This document shows, piece after piece, positions 22,084-32,262 of a DNA stretch of 64,000 nucleotides. Each line of letters begins with the position of its first letter. Positions within the stretch are counted from its first letter, which is position 1. The notes under the pieces are model-generated. The model was not told the DNA's origin, searched no databases, and was given only the letters and a program-made list of their open reading frames with translations. Source of the stretch: Spirochaetia bacterium (GTDB taxonomy: Bacteria > Spirochaetota > Spirochaetia > DSM-16054 > Sediminispirochaetaceae); assembly GCA_034520965.1 (NCBI GenBank), contig JAXHMY010000002.1:480001-544000 (forward strand), read 5' to 3'. A program made the translations under genes and the position numbers.

Positions 22084-22253
22084 GCCTGCAGTGTACGGGA
22101 GGGGACATAGATCTCTTGGGTCAACCTTAAAAAACGGGATTCCTGATTTCAGGGTTGAATTGCTTGGCCGTACGCGGTCGAACAGGATGCTCTGATGCGG
22201 AAACCCACTTGAACCATAGAGTTCAAGAGATACGCCCCAAGCGGCACTGCGGG
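22084..22253 (+). ncRNA. ssrS: 6S RNA
   Basis: About 170 nt after zapA; closing stem cctgcagtg/cactgcggg, inner tctcttg/caagaga pairing, central bubble, T run at the 3' end. Confidence 0.8.
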
Positions 22254-22290
22254 TTTTTTTGTTCCTGGGTGTAGGTGAAAGGTTCATACA

Positions 22291-23115
22291 ATGCCGATAA
22301 TGACTAGTCAACAAATCAACAACTACTTTGACCATTTTAAAGATTCCGAAATAACCTTCACCAAAGAGGTCATCAGAGCCACCGGCTTACAACCGAAACT
22401 TGTATTTTTAAAGAGTGCCGGCTACCACATTCCGTGCATCGTTTACAGTGTCTCAATGACTTCCGCCAAGGTAATTGCGAATATTTCTTCAGACATCCAT
22501 GAGCAAATTCGAAGTGCGAACAACTTAGTGTCCCTGCGGTTTGCATTTCATGAAAATGATAAAATTGACCCACTTATGTTCTTTGTATCCGCCAGGGTGA
22601 CCGGCTACAATCCCTATAATTCGGAGAAGCCTAATTTAAATTTTATCGCTATAGAGTTCACTCAGCGTCCTCCGGACGACCTCATAGCGGTACTTGGACA
22701 AATTTTTGAAGCAAAGGCTATTTCACAAAAGCGGAAGGAAGAACGAATTATTATAAATGCCGACAGTGTGAAAAAACTCGGTATTAAAACTAAATCCGCC
22801 AATGTGTATATTCAGGGAGTACCGCGGACCTGTATTATCCGGGACCTTTCCTTTTCCGGAGCCAAGGTTATTTTGGCCGGCGTAGCGAAGTTTCTGCTTA
22901 ATAAAGAGGCGAGCGTACATATAGACACAATTGAGAAAGGGCAGATAGAGATACACGGAAAAATTGTGAGAAACGAAGAGGTTGAGGGACGTAAAGACTT
23001 AGTTGCGATTGCAATTTTCTTTGAACAAGAGACCACGCCCATTGAATACAAAATGACCCTCAATGAATATTTCAAACAAAAAAAGCACAAACCTTCAGAA
23101 CTAAACTCCGCATAA
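22291..23115 (+). CDS. PilZ-domain c-di-GMP receptor (spirochete PlzA-like)
   Basis: KRKEER (RxxxR) and RDLSFSGA (DxSxxG) plus an N-terminal spirochete-type domain. Confidence 0.85.
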   Translation: MPIMTSQQINNYFDHFKDSEITFTKEVIRATGLQPKLVFLKSAGYHIPCIVYSVSMTSAKVIANISSDIHEQIRSANNLVSLRFAFHENDKIDPLMFFVSARVTGYNPYNSEKPNLNFIAIEFTQRPPDDLIAVLGQIFEAKAISQKRKEERIIINADSVKKLGIKTKSANVYIQGVPRTCIIRDLSFSGAKVILAGVAKFLLNKEASVHIDTIEKGQIEIHGKIVRNEEVEGRKDLVAIAIFFEQETTPIEYKMTLNEYFKQKKHKPSELNSA

Positions 23116-23141
23116 TCAAACTCTCAATAAGGAATGAAAGA

Positions 23142-24287
23142 ATGAGTTCTCAAGAAAAACCACATATACCCTTTCCACCATCCGATACAACTGCGCTTGA
23201 AAATATTAATTATATATCTCTTCCGGATGATATCGAACGACAGATAGGAGACTTTGAAATAGATCCCTCGATCCCCTGCCGGTAGAAGTACCGCGGGGGA
23301 CTGAACAGCTGCTTGAGTCACTTTCATGGGAAATGATAGTAGCCGCGATGCTTAAGTTATTCGCCTATCAACCCGAACATCCGCACCTCGACTATTTCCG
23401 CCGTTTTATTCAGGAAATACAACCTGATATTGTACACGTGATGACCCAAACCGGTGTAATTAAAGCAAAGAACAAAGAGTTTGAACTCGCAGAGGAATTT
23501 CCGCTCTTTGGTCAATTTCGCCCCTGAGCAGGAGAGTAACTTTGTAAACCTGGCTTTGGTGTTTGAGGAAAAAGCAAAACAGCACCGCGAACGAGGAGAA
23601 GCCGAGGCGGAAGAGGAAAGTTTAGAACTGGCATTTGAGGCATATAAGCAAGGCGCGCTGTTTCATCCGGAGGCACCGGACCTGCACTTCAGTGCGGGAC
23701 ACTTCTTTCTGCAGCAGGGCAACATCCCGAAAATGAAAGAGCACTTTTCAACCTTTTTAGCCCATTCAGGAGGGGAAGAGGAGAAAGAGCAGCAGGTTCG
23801 CAAGGTTTTACATGAAATTGATAACAAACGGCAAGATGATTTGGTGTTTAACGAAGCCTTCGATTTCATTAAAATGGGCCAAGAAGAACGGGGGATTGAG
23901 CGTATACGCTACTTTCTCGACCGCAACCCGGAAGTGTGGAACGGGTGGTTTTTGCTGGGTTGGGCACTGCGTAAGAGCGGCCGCTACAGCGAGGCCAAAG
24001 AGTCTTTTTTTAAGACTATCGAACTCAATGAAAACCATCCGGATACCTTGAATGAACTGGCTATCTGTAATCTGGAGCTTGAGGAATATAAGGATGCCAA
24101 GCAGCACCTTGAAACGGCCCTGCGTCTCGAACCTGATAACACAAAGATCATCTCTAACCTGGGGATTTTAGCTCTAAAGCAGGGAGAACCGCAACTTGCC
24201 AGGCGTTTCTTTCTTACTGTTTTAGAGTTGGATCCGGAGGATCCCTTGGCCCGGCAATATATCGATAAGATCGATAAAGAATCATAA
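23142..24287 (+). CDS. tetratricopeptide repeat protein, frameshifted in its 5' third
   Basis: Multiple TPRs (WNGWFLLGWALRKSGRYSEA, TLNELAIC, IISNLGILAL); N-terminal pieces in other frames from ATG 23142. Confidence 0.8.
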
Positions 24288-24342
24288 ACTGAGAATAGCT
24301 GAACTTGACAAAACCCCCCCATACACATAGGGTACTATTGAT

Positions 24343-26865
24343 ATGATCTTTACTGGAAAGAAAAAAATATACGCCGAAATACTTTTAGCGATGACTATAT
24401 TGCTAACTCTTGCCATTGGATTCGGAGGAGGCTATGCGCTCGCCGAACTACATAATTCATCTATTAGAAAAGATTTAAGAGAGTACAAACCTGCTCTGCC
24501 TACGCAGATTTATGACCGGAACGGTGAGTTAATTACCGAAATTTTTTCAGATGTAAAACGGGATATTGTTCCTGTGCAGGAGTTGCCGAAGCATCTGTTG
24601 TACGCTCTTATCAGCCGTGAAGATGCCGACTTTTTCCAGCATAACGGCTTTAGCTTCCGCGGGACCGCCCGGGCAGCTTGGAATGTCGCAATCGGCAGCT
24701 ATTTCTCCGGTGGAAGTACCCTCACCCAGCAAGTGGCCGGTAAACACTACGCCGATCGATCTAAGCTCACTATCACCCGTAAACTTCGCGAGCTCTGGTA
24801 TGCCTTTAAGATTGAACGGGAACTCTCGAAATATGAAATTCTTGAAATGTACACGAACGAAATGTACTTCGGTCACAATACCTACGGTGTTGAATCAGCT
24901 TCGCAGTTTTACTTCAATCACTCCGCCCGTGAAATCTCAATTGCCGAAGCCGCTATTCTGGTGGTTCAGCTGGCAAGCCCGGCCCTGTATTCTCCTATTA
25001 ATCATCCCGAAAGGGCTCAATCCAGGCAGCGGAACGTACTGAACCAGATGGTGGAACTCGGCTACACCTCACAGCAAGCAGCAGACCACTCCTTTGAAAA
25101 CTATTGGACCAACTATAATTACGGCCGTTCAAATATTGCCAGCGCCTATTTTGATAATCAAAGTAAGGCCCCATACTTTAGCGAGTATGTACGTCTGCAA
25201 CTGAACGACATGCTTTATGGGGCGGTAGATATCAATAAGGACGGGTATATAGTCCACACAACCCTCGATTTGGATTACCAGAGAACTGCAGACTCTATTA
25301 TGGAAAAATCCTACCGACGAATTAATGAACAGTACCACTCAAACAAGCGGGAACGGTTAGAAGTAGTTGATGAGACATATCTGCCTATCGTTGAGCTGCT
25401 TGGTCTGACCCACAATATTGAAGATATTTATGTTACCGGGGCGAAGGAGAAGCGGGCCGCCTTAAACCAATATTACGAAACTATAGCCCCCAGCCTTGAG
25501 GCTCTTTCCGCTATGCTGGGCTCATCCAGTTTGTATCAAGTATCCCAATATTCTAAGGGAACCAGTGATAACCGTAAAAGCTCAACCACCGTCGAAGGAG
25601 CTTTGATTACCATCGACAACCACAGCGGGCATATCATGGCAATGGTCGGCGGAAGTGATTTTGAGACTAAACAGTACAATCGTGCAACCAATGCAAAAAT
25701 CCAGCCGGGCTCAAGCTTTAAGCCACTGTATTACTCAGCGGCAATTTCATCCGGTGAATATACCCCGGCTACTCGGCTTTACGACGGTCCGATTGCCTTT
25801 TTTGACAATAACGGAAAGCGCTATACTCCAATGAACTACCTGGGAAACTGGGAGGGCTCAGTGCTCCTGCGCTACGCCTTAGCAACATCTATGAACGTGC
25901 CTTCGCTACAGGTCTTAGAAGGTATCGGCTTTGAAGCTGCTATAGATCGCGCCTCGAGCTTATTGGGTATGGAAGATAAGAAGGAAGACCGTACCCTTTT
26001 CCCCCGGGGTTTTCCCTTGGGGCTTGGAGTTACAGCAGTAGCTCCAGTTGATATGGTAAAAGCATTTGCAACTTTTCCGAACCAGGGTAAAGCTGTGGAA
26101 CCAATGGCCATTACTAATGTCTTAAATCGTGAGGGTGAGAGTATAGTCAGTCCGGAGCAGGAACGTATTCGCCGGCAAAAACACAGTAGCGAACAGAAAC
26201 AGATTCTGTCACCCCAGGCAGCCTATGTAATGGTGGATATGCTCAAAAGTACTGTGGATTTCGGCACCCTTCGGTATCGTAGAATCAATGTGGGAGGGTT
26301 TGACGGAATGCCCATGGCCGGAAAAACTGGGACCACCCAAAACTGGGGAGATGCCTGGACCGTGGGTTTCTCGCCCTACTACTCAACGGCAGTCTGGTTT
26401 GGTTTTGACACCCCCGGGAACTCTCTGGGTCGTGATTTAACCGGTGCTACCGCCGCAGGTCCGGTATGGGCCGAATATATGAAATCTATTCACCAGAGGG
26501 TCCCTCCTAAAGAGTTTGCAAGACCGGACAACGGTTTGCTTGAAGTAAAAGTCTGTACAGAATCTGGACTCATACCAACCCAACACTGCCCTGAAAGCAA
26601 GGAAGAGCTTTTTATCGCTGGTACAGAACCAAAACAGTTTTGCGACATCCACAAATTTAAAGAAGAACGGGACGAGGACCTGCTGCGTAAGCTCCAAAGT
26701 TCTATGATGCTAGAAGATTTCAATGTAAACTTTGATGCTGCTCCTGAAATGGATGAAGATATACTGAAGGACCTTGAAGATCAGATTACAAGTGAAAGGG
26801 ATAGTATGTTTTCCTCAGACGACGAGCAGGACAGCTCAAGCGACATCAACCCGTTGTTAGATTGA
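24343..26865 (+). CDS. class A penicillin-binding protein 1A
   Basis: EDADFFQHNG, GGSTLTQQ, RKLRE (transglycosylase); SSFK, SMN, KTGT (transpeptidase). Confidence 0.95.
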   Translation: MIFTGKKKIYAEILLAMTILLTLAIGFGGGYALAELHNSSIRKDLREYKPALPTQIYDRNGELITEIFSDVKRDIVPVQELPKHLLYALISREDADFFQHNGFSFRGTARAAWNVAIGSYFSGGSTLTQQVAGKHYADRSKLTITRKLRELWYAFKIERELSKYEILEMYTNEMYFGHNTYGVESASQFYFNHSAREISIAEAAILVVQLASPALYSPINHPERAQSRQRNVLNQMVELGYTSQQAADHSFENYWTNYNYGRSNIASAYFDNQSKAPYFSEYVRLQLNDMLYGAVDINKDGYIVHTTLDLDYQRTADSIMEKSYRRINEQYHSNKRERLEVVDETYLPIVELLGLTHNIEDIYVTGAKEKRAALNQYYETIAPSLEALSAMLGSSSLYQVSQYSKGTSDNRKSSTTVEGALITIDNHSGHIMAMVGGSDFETKQYNRATNAKIQPGSSFKPLYYSAAISSGEYTPATRLYDGPIAFFDNNGKRYTPMNYLGNWEGSVLLRYALATSMNVPSLQVLEGIGFEAAIDRASSLLGMEDKKEDRTLFPRGFPLGLGVTAVAPVDMVKAFATFPNQGKAVEPMAITNVLNREGESIVSPEQERIRRQKHSSEQKQILSPQAAYVMVDMLKSTVDFGTLRYRRINVGGFDGMPMAGKTGTTQNWGDAWTVGFSPYYSTAVWFGFDTPGNSLGRDLTGATAAGPVWAEYMKSIHQRVPPKEFARPDNGLLEVKVCTESGLIPTQHCPESKEELFIAGTEPKQFCDIHKFKEERDEDLLRKLQSSMMLEDFNVNFDAAPEMDEDILKDLEDQITSERDSMFSSDDEQDSSSDINPLLD

Positions 26866-28165
26866 TACTGTCCCGAAGCTTATTGTTTTTGTAGGCGCTC
26901 TTTGCAGTGGACATAATTAACATAAATCCCTCTTTCAACTATATGCATATTTTGGAAGGTACTCTCTTCCCTTTTTGAGGGGAGTACTATACAAGCGAAA
27001 CCATAAGCCCTTCTCCCCGGGAGTAAGGTCCAGAAATGTGACAAAGGGTCTCCACACGAAGCGGCTCTCGAGCATCGGCGCGACGAGCCTACCGTTCACA
27101 CCGGCCAGATTCCAGTGCCACAACCTGGCCTTGGGCCAGTTCTCCCGGTAGGGCTTTATGCAATTATGGTGGAGCCGATACACACACACCCGCTCCAGAA
27201 GAGCGCTTACATTTCTCGCGGTATTCACTGTATAGCGCACATAATTGACAATATCCTTACGAAATTGCCTGTCCATATAGTTAACTGCAAACAAATTATT
27301 TCCCCGTCCCGGCTGTTTAGTCCCCTTTGCAGCATCGTGGATAATACTCCCCTGCCGCAGCAACTGAGCAAAGGCCTTGTGTCGGCGAAAAGCCCGCGGG
27401 TAGGCCTGGTGATCGTCGGTATAGACATTAAGAACGGTTTTATGCCGGCCAGCAAACAGATGCAGAATCTCCTCGGCAAGCCTGGCCATTGACTTTTCTA
27501 TTCCCTTCGGGTCGGGGCGGCACACACGATCGAGAAATCGCCGAAACAGTTTTTGGGAGGGGCTCATACGCCCCTTTCGGCGCAGGGTGGTAAAGTCCAT
27601 GGCGTAGAAGTACTGGGTCTGCTTGCCGATGAGAATATTCAGGTGGTGGGGAAAATACCTGCTGTGCAGGTAGCCCTCAAAGCCGTCGGCCACCAGGTCC
27701 TCCTTAAGGTGCATATGCTGCCGGCTCAACGCATGAAAGCCCAGAGCCCAGTGGGCCATACGAAAGAGCCGGTTTTCGGCCGAGCCGCGGGAGATTTCCA
27801 GATTCCGGGATAAATCTCGAATTCCGGCGGTGGACCTAAGCTGACGAAAGATCTGCTCGTAGGAAATAACTCTTTTCGCGTAATAGTTTAAGCTGAAGGT
27901 CTGATCGCTGAAGGTGCGCTTACAGGCCAAACATTGATAGCGCTGGACCGGCCCGAAAGCATCAGCCCAGTGGTGTCCATAGCGCCTATACCAATGATAG
28001 TGCTTACCTTCAAAGTGCTGTGAGCACTCCTTATAAGGACAAAATGGCGGTGTGTTCATTCTCTTTCTCCTCCTCTTTGGTGGTTCTACCTATACAGAGG
28101 GGCAAAAAAGAGGCTCTGCTTCAACTCAAGTGTGAAAAATTTTTCAATAAGCTTCGGGACAGTAT
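26865..28165 (-). mobile_element. insertion sequence, about 1.3 kb, with perfect 21-bp terminal inverted repeats
   Basis: atactgtcccgaagcttattg (26865-26885) and caataagcttcgggacagtat (28145-28165) enclose one transposase ORF. Confidence 0.9.
26935..28059 (-). CDS. IS1/IS1595-like transposase (Zn ribbon + HTH + acidic catalytic domain)
   Basis: CPYKEC...QRYQCLACKRTF, GIRDLSRNLEIS (HTH), VADGFE, VYTDDHQAY, HNCIKPY. Confidence 0.78.
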   Translation of the reverse strand: MNTPPFCPYKECSQHFEGKHYHWYRRYGHHWADAFGPVQRYQCLACKRTFSDQTFSLNYYAKRVISYEQIFRQLRSTAGIRDLSRNLEISRGSAENRLFRMAHWALGFHALSRQHMHLKEDLVADGFEGYLHSRYFPHHLNILIGKQTQYFYAMDFTTLRRKGRMSPSQKLFRRFLDRVCRPDPKGIEKSMARLAEEILHLFAGRHKTVLNVYTDDHQAYPRAFRRHKAFAQLLRQGSIIHDAAKGTKQPGRGNNLFAVNYMDRQFRKDIVNYVRYTVNTARNVSALLERVCVYRLHHNCIKPYRENWPKARLWHWNLAGVNGRLVAPMLESRFVWRPFVTFLDLTPGEKGLWFRLYSTPLKKGREYLPKYAYS

Positions 28166-28224
28166 ATTTGTGACCCAAATTATGATAAGCTTATATTAGA
28201 TCATACACACAAGGAGCCGGTAGT

Positions 28225-28617
28225 ATGCAAATTCCAGTCGAAGAAATTGTAATTAAGCGCCGCATACGTCAAGACCTTGGCGACATTTCGAAACTTATGG
28301 AAAGCCTGAAGGCATATGGTCTTATGAATCCAATATTGATCAACAGCTCGCGGGAGCTTATTGCCGGGCGTCGCCGGCTTGAGGCAACCAAACGCCTAGG
28401 TTGGAAAAATATTGAAGCTCATATAGTTGATTCTGGATCTGAAGTGAATGAGCTTGAGATGGAGATAGATGAGAACCTGCATAGAAGGAATCTGAGTGCA
28501 GTCGAACTTGCTGAAGGAATGTCCCGTTTAGAAAAACTAAAAAACCCAGGATTCTTCCGAAAAATCTTAAATGCGATATCACGTTTCTTTACACGCATTT
28601 TTGGTCACCGAAAATAA
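28225..28617 (+). CDS. small ParB N-terminal-domain protein
   Basis: LMESLKAYGLMNPILI, LIAGRRRLEA, EIDENLHRRNLS; no HTH. Confidence 0.85.
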   Translation: MQIPVEEIVIKRRIRQDLGDISKLMESLKAYGLMNPILINSSRELIAGRRRLEATKRLGWKNIEAHIVDSGSEVNELEMEIDENLHRRNLSAVELAEGMSRLEKLKNPGFFRKILNAISRFFTRIFGHRK

Positions 28618-28652
28618 CAGCGATAAGAGATTAGGGTGTAGAGTTTAGCGGT

Positions 28653-28705
28653 TAGCCCAGAGAATTCTCTGGGCTATTCTGCTATTCTGCTATTCTGCTA
28701 TTCTG
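28653..28705. terminator. hairpin plus 8-bp tandem repeat between convergent genes
   Basis: tagcccagagaattctctgggcta palindrome followed by (gctattct)x4. Confidence 0.5.
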
Positions 28706-30294
28706 ATCTTAGATCACTGATTCGGTATCTTTGCACCGAATCTACTTCGTTCTGTGCTATTAGCTGTTCACCAAATTGCTGGAGCCAGGTGTAGGCTAAG
28801 ACGGGTTGATCGGACTGTTGCTGAAGCTGCAGTTGGGTGTTGAATTTTCCGATGTAATGGGATCCAGATTCGCGGATTATGCAATAAATGCTGTTATCTA
28901 TGATAAGAAGCGGTGATTCCGGATAGATATCGGTTTCCGATTGCTGTTCCAGCTCTAGGTTCTCCTGGTTTAGGCCTACCAGACGTACAGCTCGGGGAGG
29001 GTTGTCTTCGCCGGCGATAGCCACGTACATTTCACCGAAATCAACGGGTTCACGGGTTCTGATCGTATTGAGGGTGGAAAGGGCAGCTATTTGTCCGTTG
29101 GGCTCGAGGAGTGCCAGACGTCCTAAGAGTTGATTGTCCTGTTGGCGGAACAGGGCAAATGGAAGTGTGGGCGGAGCAGCTTCTGCGGCTTCGGCTTCTG
29201 CGGGAGTCTGGGCTGTGACTTGGGTTTCTTCTTCCTGAGCGGCTTCTTGTTCATCTTCTGTTGCGGTGCGATCCTCACGTTGCTGTTCTTCCTCTATCAG
29301 CTCCTGCTGATCTTCGGCGATGCTTTCACGTTCTTCGGCTATGTCACGCTCGCGCTGAGCAAGCTCTTCCTCGCGCTGGTCAATTTCATCTTCCGGCTTC
29401 ATCTTCGGCCCCTTCTGCTGCTGGTTCTTCTTCTGTTTCAAGGGTCGGCTCTTCTGCGGATTCAGCTGCTGAAGGCTCAGCTGCTTCGACTTCTGGTTCA
29501 GCTTCTGGTTTGGGTTCGGACTGGTCGGGTTCCTGCTCTTTTTCTTCTTCGAGTTGGCGGCGATCTTCTTCGAGTTCTTCTTCACGCATTTCAACAATTT
29601 CTTTGCGTTCTTCTACGCCCTTGTCCTCTTGGGTGCGGACGTCTTCGACTACTTCATCGGTGCTGAGGCTTTCTGCGGAGGGCATGTCCCGGCCTGCGAG
29701 TTGGGTGAGGGGAATTACCATTTGGGTGGATCCCGGCCATTCGCTGTAACGACGGGAGATGCCGACTTTTTGCGGGTCGAGGGCGTCAATTACTGGGCTG
29801 CTGTAGTTTTCTGTGAAAAACTCCATATTGCCTCGATAAGTTGCATTGTAGTAGGTAGTAAACAGGGCTAAGGCAGCGGCCCGTTCGGCACTTATATTAT
29901 AGGAGGCTTCGAAATAGCCTGAGAGTATACGGCGAACGTTGTCAATGTGATCGACTTGTGCGCTTTCTTCGATAATAAACAGATCGGCGTTATAGCCTTC
30001 AGTCTCGGGGGGTGCAACTATATGAAGAATACGGTACTTTTGTGCGTATCCAGCCTGGTCCTCAGAGGCTTCGGTTTCAGTGGGCTGGATAGCAAGACTG
30101 GCGCCAATGTTTTTTATCTGGTCGATGGTTTCGATTTTTTCGTGGGGGCCTTCGTAATTGATAAACTCAATTTGTGCATCTGAGACACTTTCGAGTTCTT
30201 CCTCAACAATATCAACGGCACCAATGAAAACCGGCACTACGAGCAGTAGGGCTAATAAAAAATGAGTTCTTTTCATACTTATAGAGTATAACAT
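28698..30294 (-). CDS. P83/100-family spirochete protein, one frameshift near 29400
   Basis: IEFINYEGPH, ADLFII..SAQVDHIDNVRRILSGY, YNATYRG, WPGSTQMVIPL, acidic coiled coil, LSTLNTIR. Confidence 0.85.
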
Positions 30295-30371
30295 GCTCTT
30301 TGGGTGAGTTCATTAACAAAACTGATGAATTTTGATAATGAATTTCGATGATGGTTTTTGAAGATGGTTTT

Positions 30372-32237
30372 TTATTGTGGCTGTGCGAGCTCCCGCAGGG
30401 TTTGTATGGCCAACCGGCGCAGCGAACGCGGTGCATCGGACCGATAAATATGCATGAGGCTGTTTATGGCATCCGTCCCGACTGTTCCGCTGTAGGTGCA
30501 TACGGCTTTGATACTGCGAATTATTTCTAAGGTCAATAAGGGGTTTTTGGTAATGGGTATTTTTTTACTTTTGACTTTGTTTCTTAGTGTTTTAAGGACT
30601 TCGCCGGATAGATCGCTTTGCAGGCTGCCGATAGCCCTGATTATCTGCAGTTGTGCCTGGGCATCCCATTCATAATCCAGCATTTCCAGCAGAAACTGCT
30701 GACTGGCCAGGGTTCCATACTTTCCAAGCAACTCAACCGCCTGAGCACGGATTTCGGGAAAGTCGTTAATGTAAGCCCCGTTTCGGCGTACCGGGTTAAG
30801 TACCCCTACTCCGGCCGCTTTTGTGAGGAGGACGAGCAGGCCGGGATAATTTTTTGCAGCAGAGCTTTTTTCTAAGCGAGCGTTTAGTTCTTCCATTAAC
30901 ATCTGGTACTGCGATCTGCCGCCCTCTTCAAGCAGGACCTGCTCCGCCGTGGAAAGTGTGTTGGCTGGAAAGCTGTGAAGGGACGGCAGAGGGAGATGTT
31001 TCGGGTTGAGATGTTCCGGGAGAGGCTGCTTCGAAGGGCTCCCGGGACTGAGAAAACTATATACCACCCAGTCTTGGCCTCCGATTATGATTCGTCCTGA
31101 ATCAAGGATCAGCGGAGGTACCGCCGGCTGCGGTATGGGGCGGTCGCTTAGGAGGCTCCCGGTTTCTGTTTCGTAGGCTCTGATTGAATGTTGGTTATAT
31201 ACCAGGAGCGTCTCGATGTTTTGTTGTTGTAAGGTATTAACCGGTTTACTGTGCACGGCGAGCTTAGCGGAGTCCATGGAGATACGTGTATTCCAGAGTT
31301 CGGCCCCTGAGCGGCTGTCGATAGCGGCAATTCGTTGGTCGCCGGTACGCACATACACCCTCGCCGCGCCCAAGCTTATATCTTCGGCGGTAGAAAAGAG
31401 GTCGGCCTTCCATAAAAACTCACCGGTCTGGCTGTACATTCTGATATTACCACCGGTTGCAAGGGCTACCCGACTATGAGAGGCGGAGATTACCGCCGGA
31501 CTGCTGCCGGCGGTCTGAGAGAGTTTGTTGCCGAGGCCTTTGCCGACGGGCACACGCAGGCTGATTCCGGAGGCATCGATGCGCAGCAAGTCACCTTCCC
31601 TGGAGAAGATCCATATCGAGCCGGAGGGGTCGACCTCCGGCGGGGAGGAGGCCTGAAGCTCAGCCTGTTCTTGCCAAATAAGCTGACCGGTATGGGTGTA
31701 CAGAGAGATACTCTGTTCGCTGAGAGTGTAGAGCAGCCCGCTGTGCCCGGGAAGGAGCCACTGGGTTGGGGGCGAAGAGTCGGCGCTTTTCAATTTCCAT
31801 ATGAGCCCGCCGGAGGGGTTAAGGGCGGCGAGGTTACCAGGTTCCAGGATGCTGTAAAGTGTTCCGTCGGGGCTGCGCTGCAGGAAGGGCTGGGGACGGC
31901 CCTTCAGACGGGGACTGCGCTGGAGCAGAACCCCGTCGGCGCGGAGTGAGTAAAGGCGGCGGTCTTCGGATATAAGGTGTACGACTTCGGACCCTGAGCT
32001 GAAGGCGGCAGTGAGGGCCAGTACCCGGCCTCCGGTTGCGTACTTCCACTCCAAGGCCATTTGTTGCGTGCCGGGGGGCAGTTCTTCGGAAGTGGCTGAA
32101 AACGGCTGAGCTGGGAGAGGCGCTGCAGCTGAATAGAGCCCCGAGAAATATAGTAAGAGCATTATCCCCCAAAAATATGATCCGGAAAAAGAGAGGCAGC
32201 TGCGGGATATTTTCTTGCTATTATTGACTTTTCCCAT
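30372..32237 (-). CDS. PQQ-type beta-propeller protein with C-terminal HEAT-like repeats (start uncertain)
   Basis: Repeated G.L.W motifs (SGGLIWK, TGQLIWQ, TGEFLWK, SGAELWN); FPEIRAQAVELLG. Confidence 0.7.
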   Translation of the reverse strand: MGKVNNSKKISRSCLSFSGSYFWGIMLLLYFSGLYSAAAPLPAQPFSATSEELPPGTQQMALEWKYATGGRVLALTAAFSSGSEVVHLISEDRRLYSLRADGVLLQRSPRLKGRPQPFLQRSPDGTLYSILEPGNLAALNPSGGLIWKLKSADSSPPTQWLLPGHSGLLYTLSEQSISLYTHTGQLIWQEQAELQASSPPEVDPSGSIWIFSREGDLLRIDASGISLRVPVGKGLGNKLSQTAGSSPAVISASHSRVALATGGNIRMYSQTGEFLWKADLFSTAEDISLGAARVYVRTGDQRIAAIDSRSGAELWNTRISMDSAKLAVHSKPVNTLQQQNIETLLVYNQHSIRAYETETGSLLSDRPIPQPAVPPLILDSGRIIIGGQDWVVYSFLSPGSPSKQPLPEHLNPKHLPLPSLHSFPANTLSTAEQVLLEEGGRSQYQMLMEELNARLEKSSAAKNYPGLLVLLTKAAGVGVLNPVRRNGAYINDFPEIRAQAVELLGKYGTLASQQFLLEMLDYEWDAQAQLQIIRAIGSLQSDLSGEVLKTLRNKVKSKKIPITKNPLLTLEIIRSIKAVCTYSGTVGTDAINSLMHIYRSDAPRSLRRLAIQTLRELAQPQ

Positions 32238-32252
32238 TTTCTTAAGTACCGT
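32224..32252 (+). promoter_or_regulatory. candidate sigma70 promoter of the CoA operon
   Basis: TTGACT-17 nt-TACCGT ending 10 nt before ATG 32263; no SD sequence. Confidence 0.5.
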
Positions 32253-32262
32253 TATTGCGAAT

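Noticed and set aside
24290..24301. tgagaatagctg, identical to the right end of MITE copy A
   Set aside because: Only 12 bp, with no hairpin, partner end or duplication; could be chance or an unprovable remnant.
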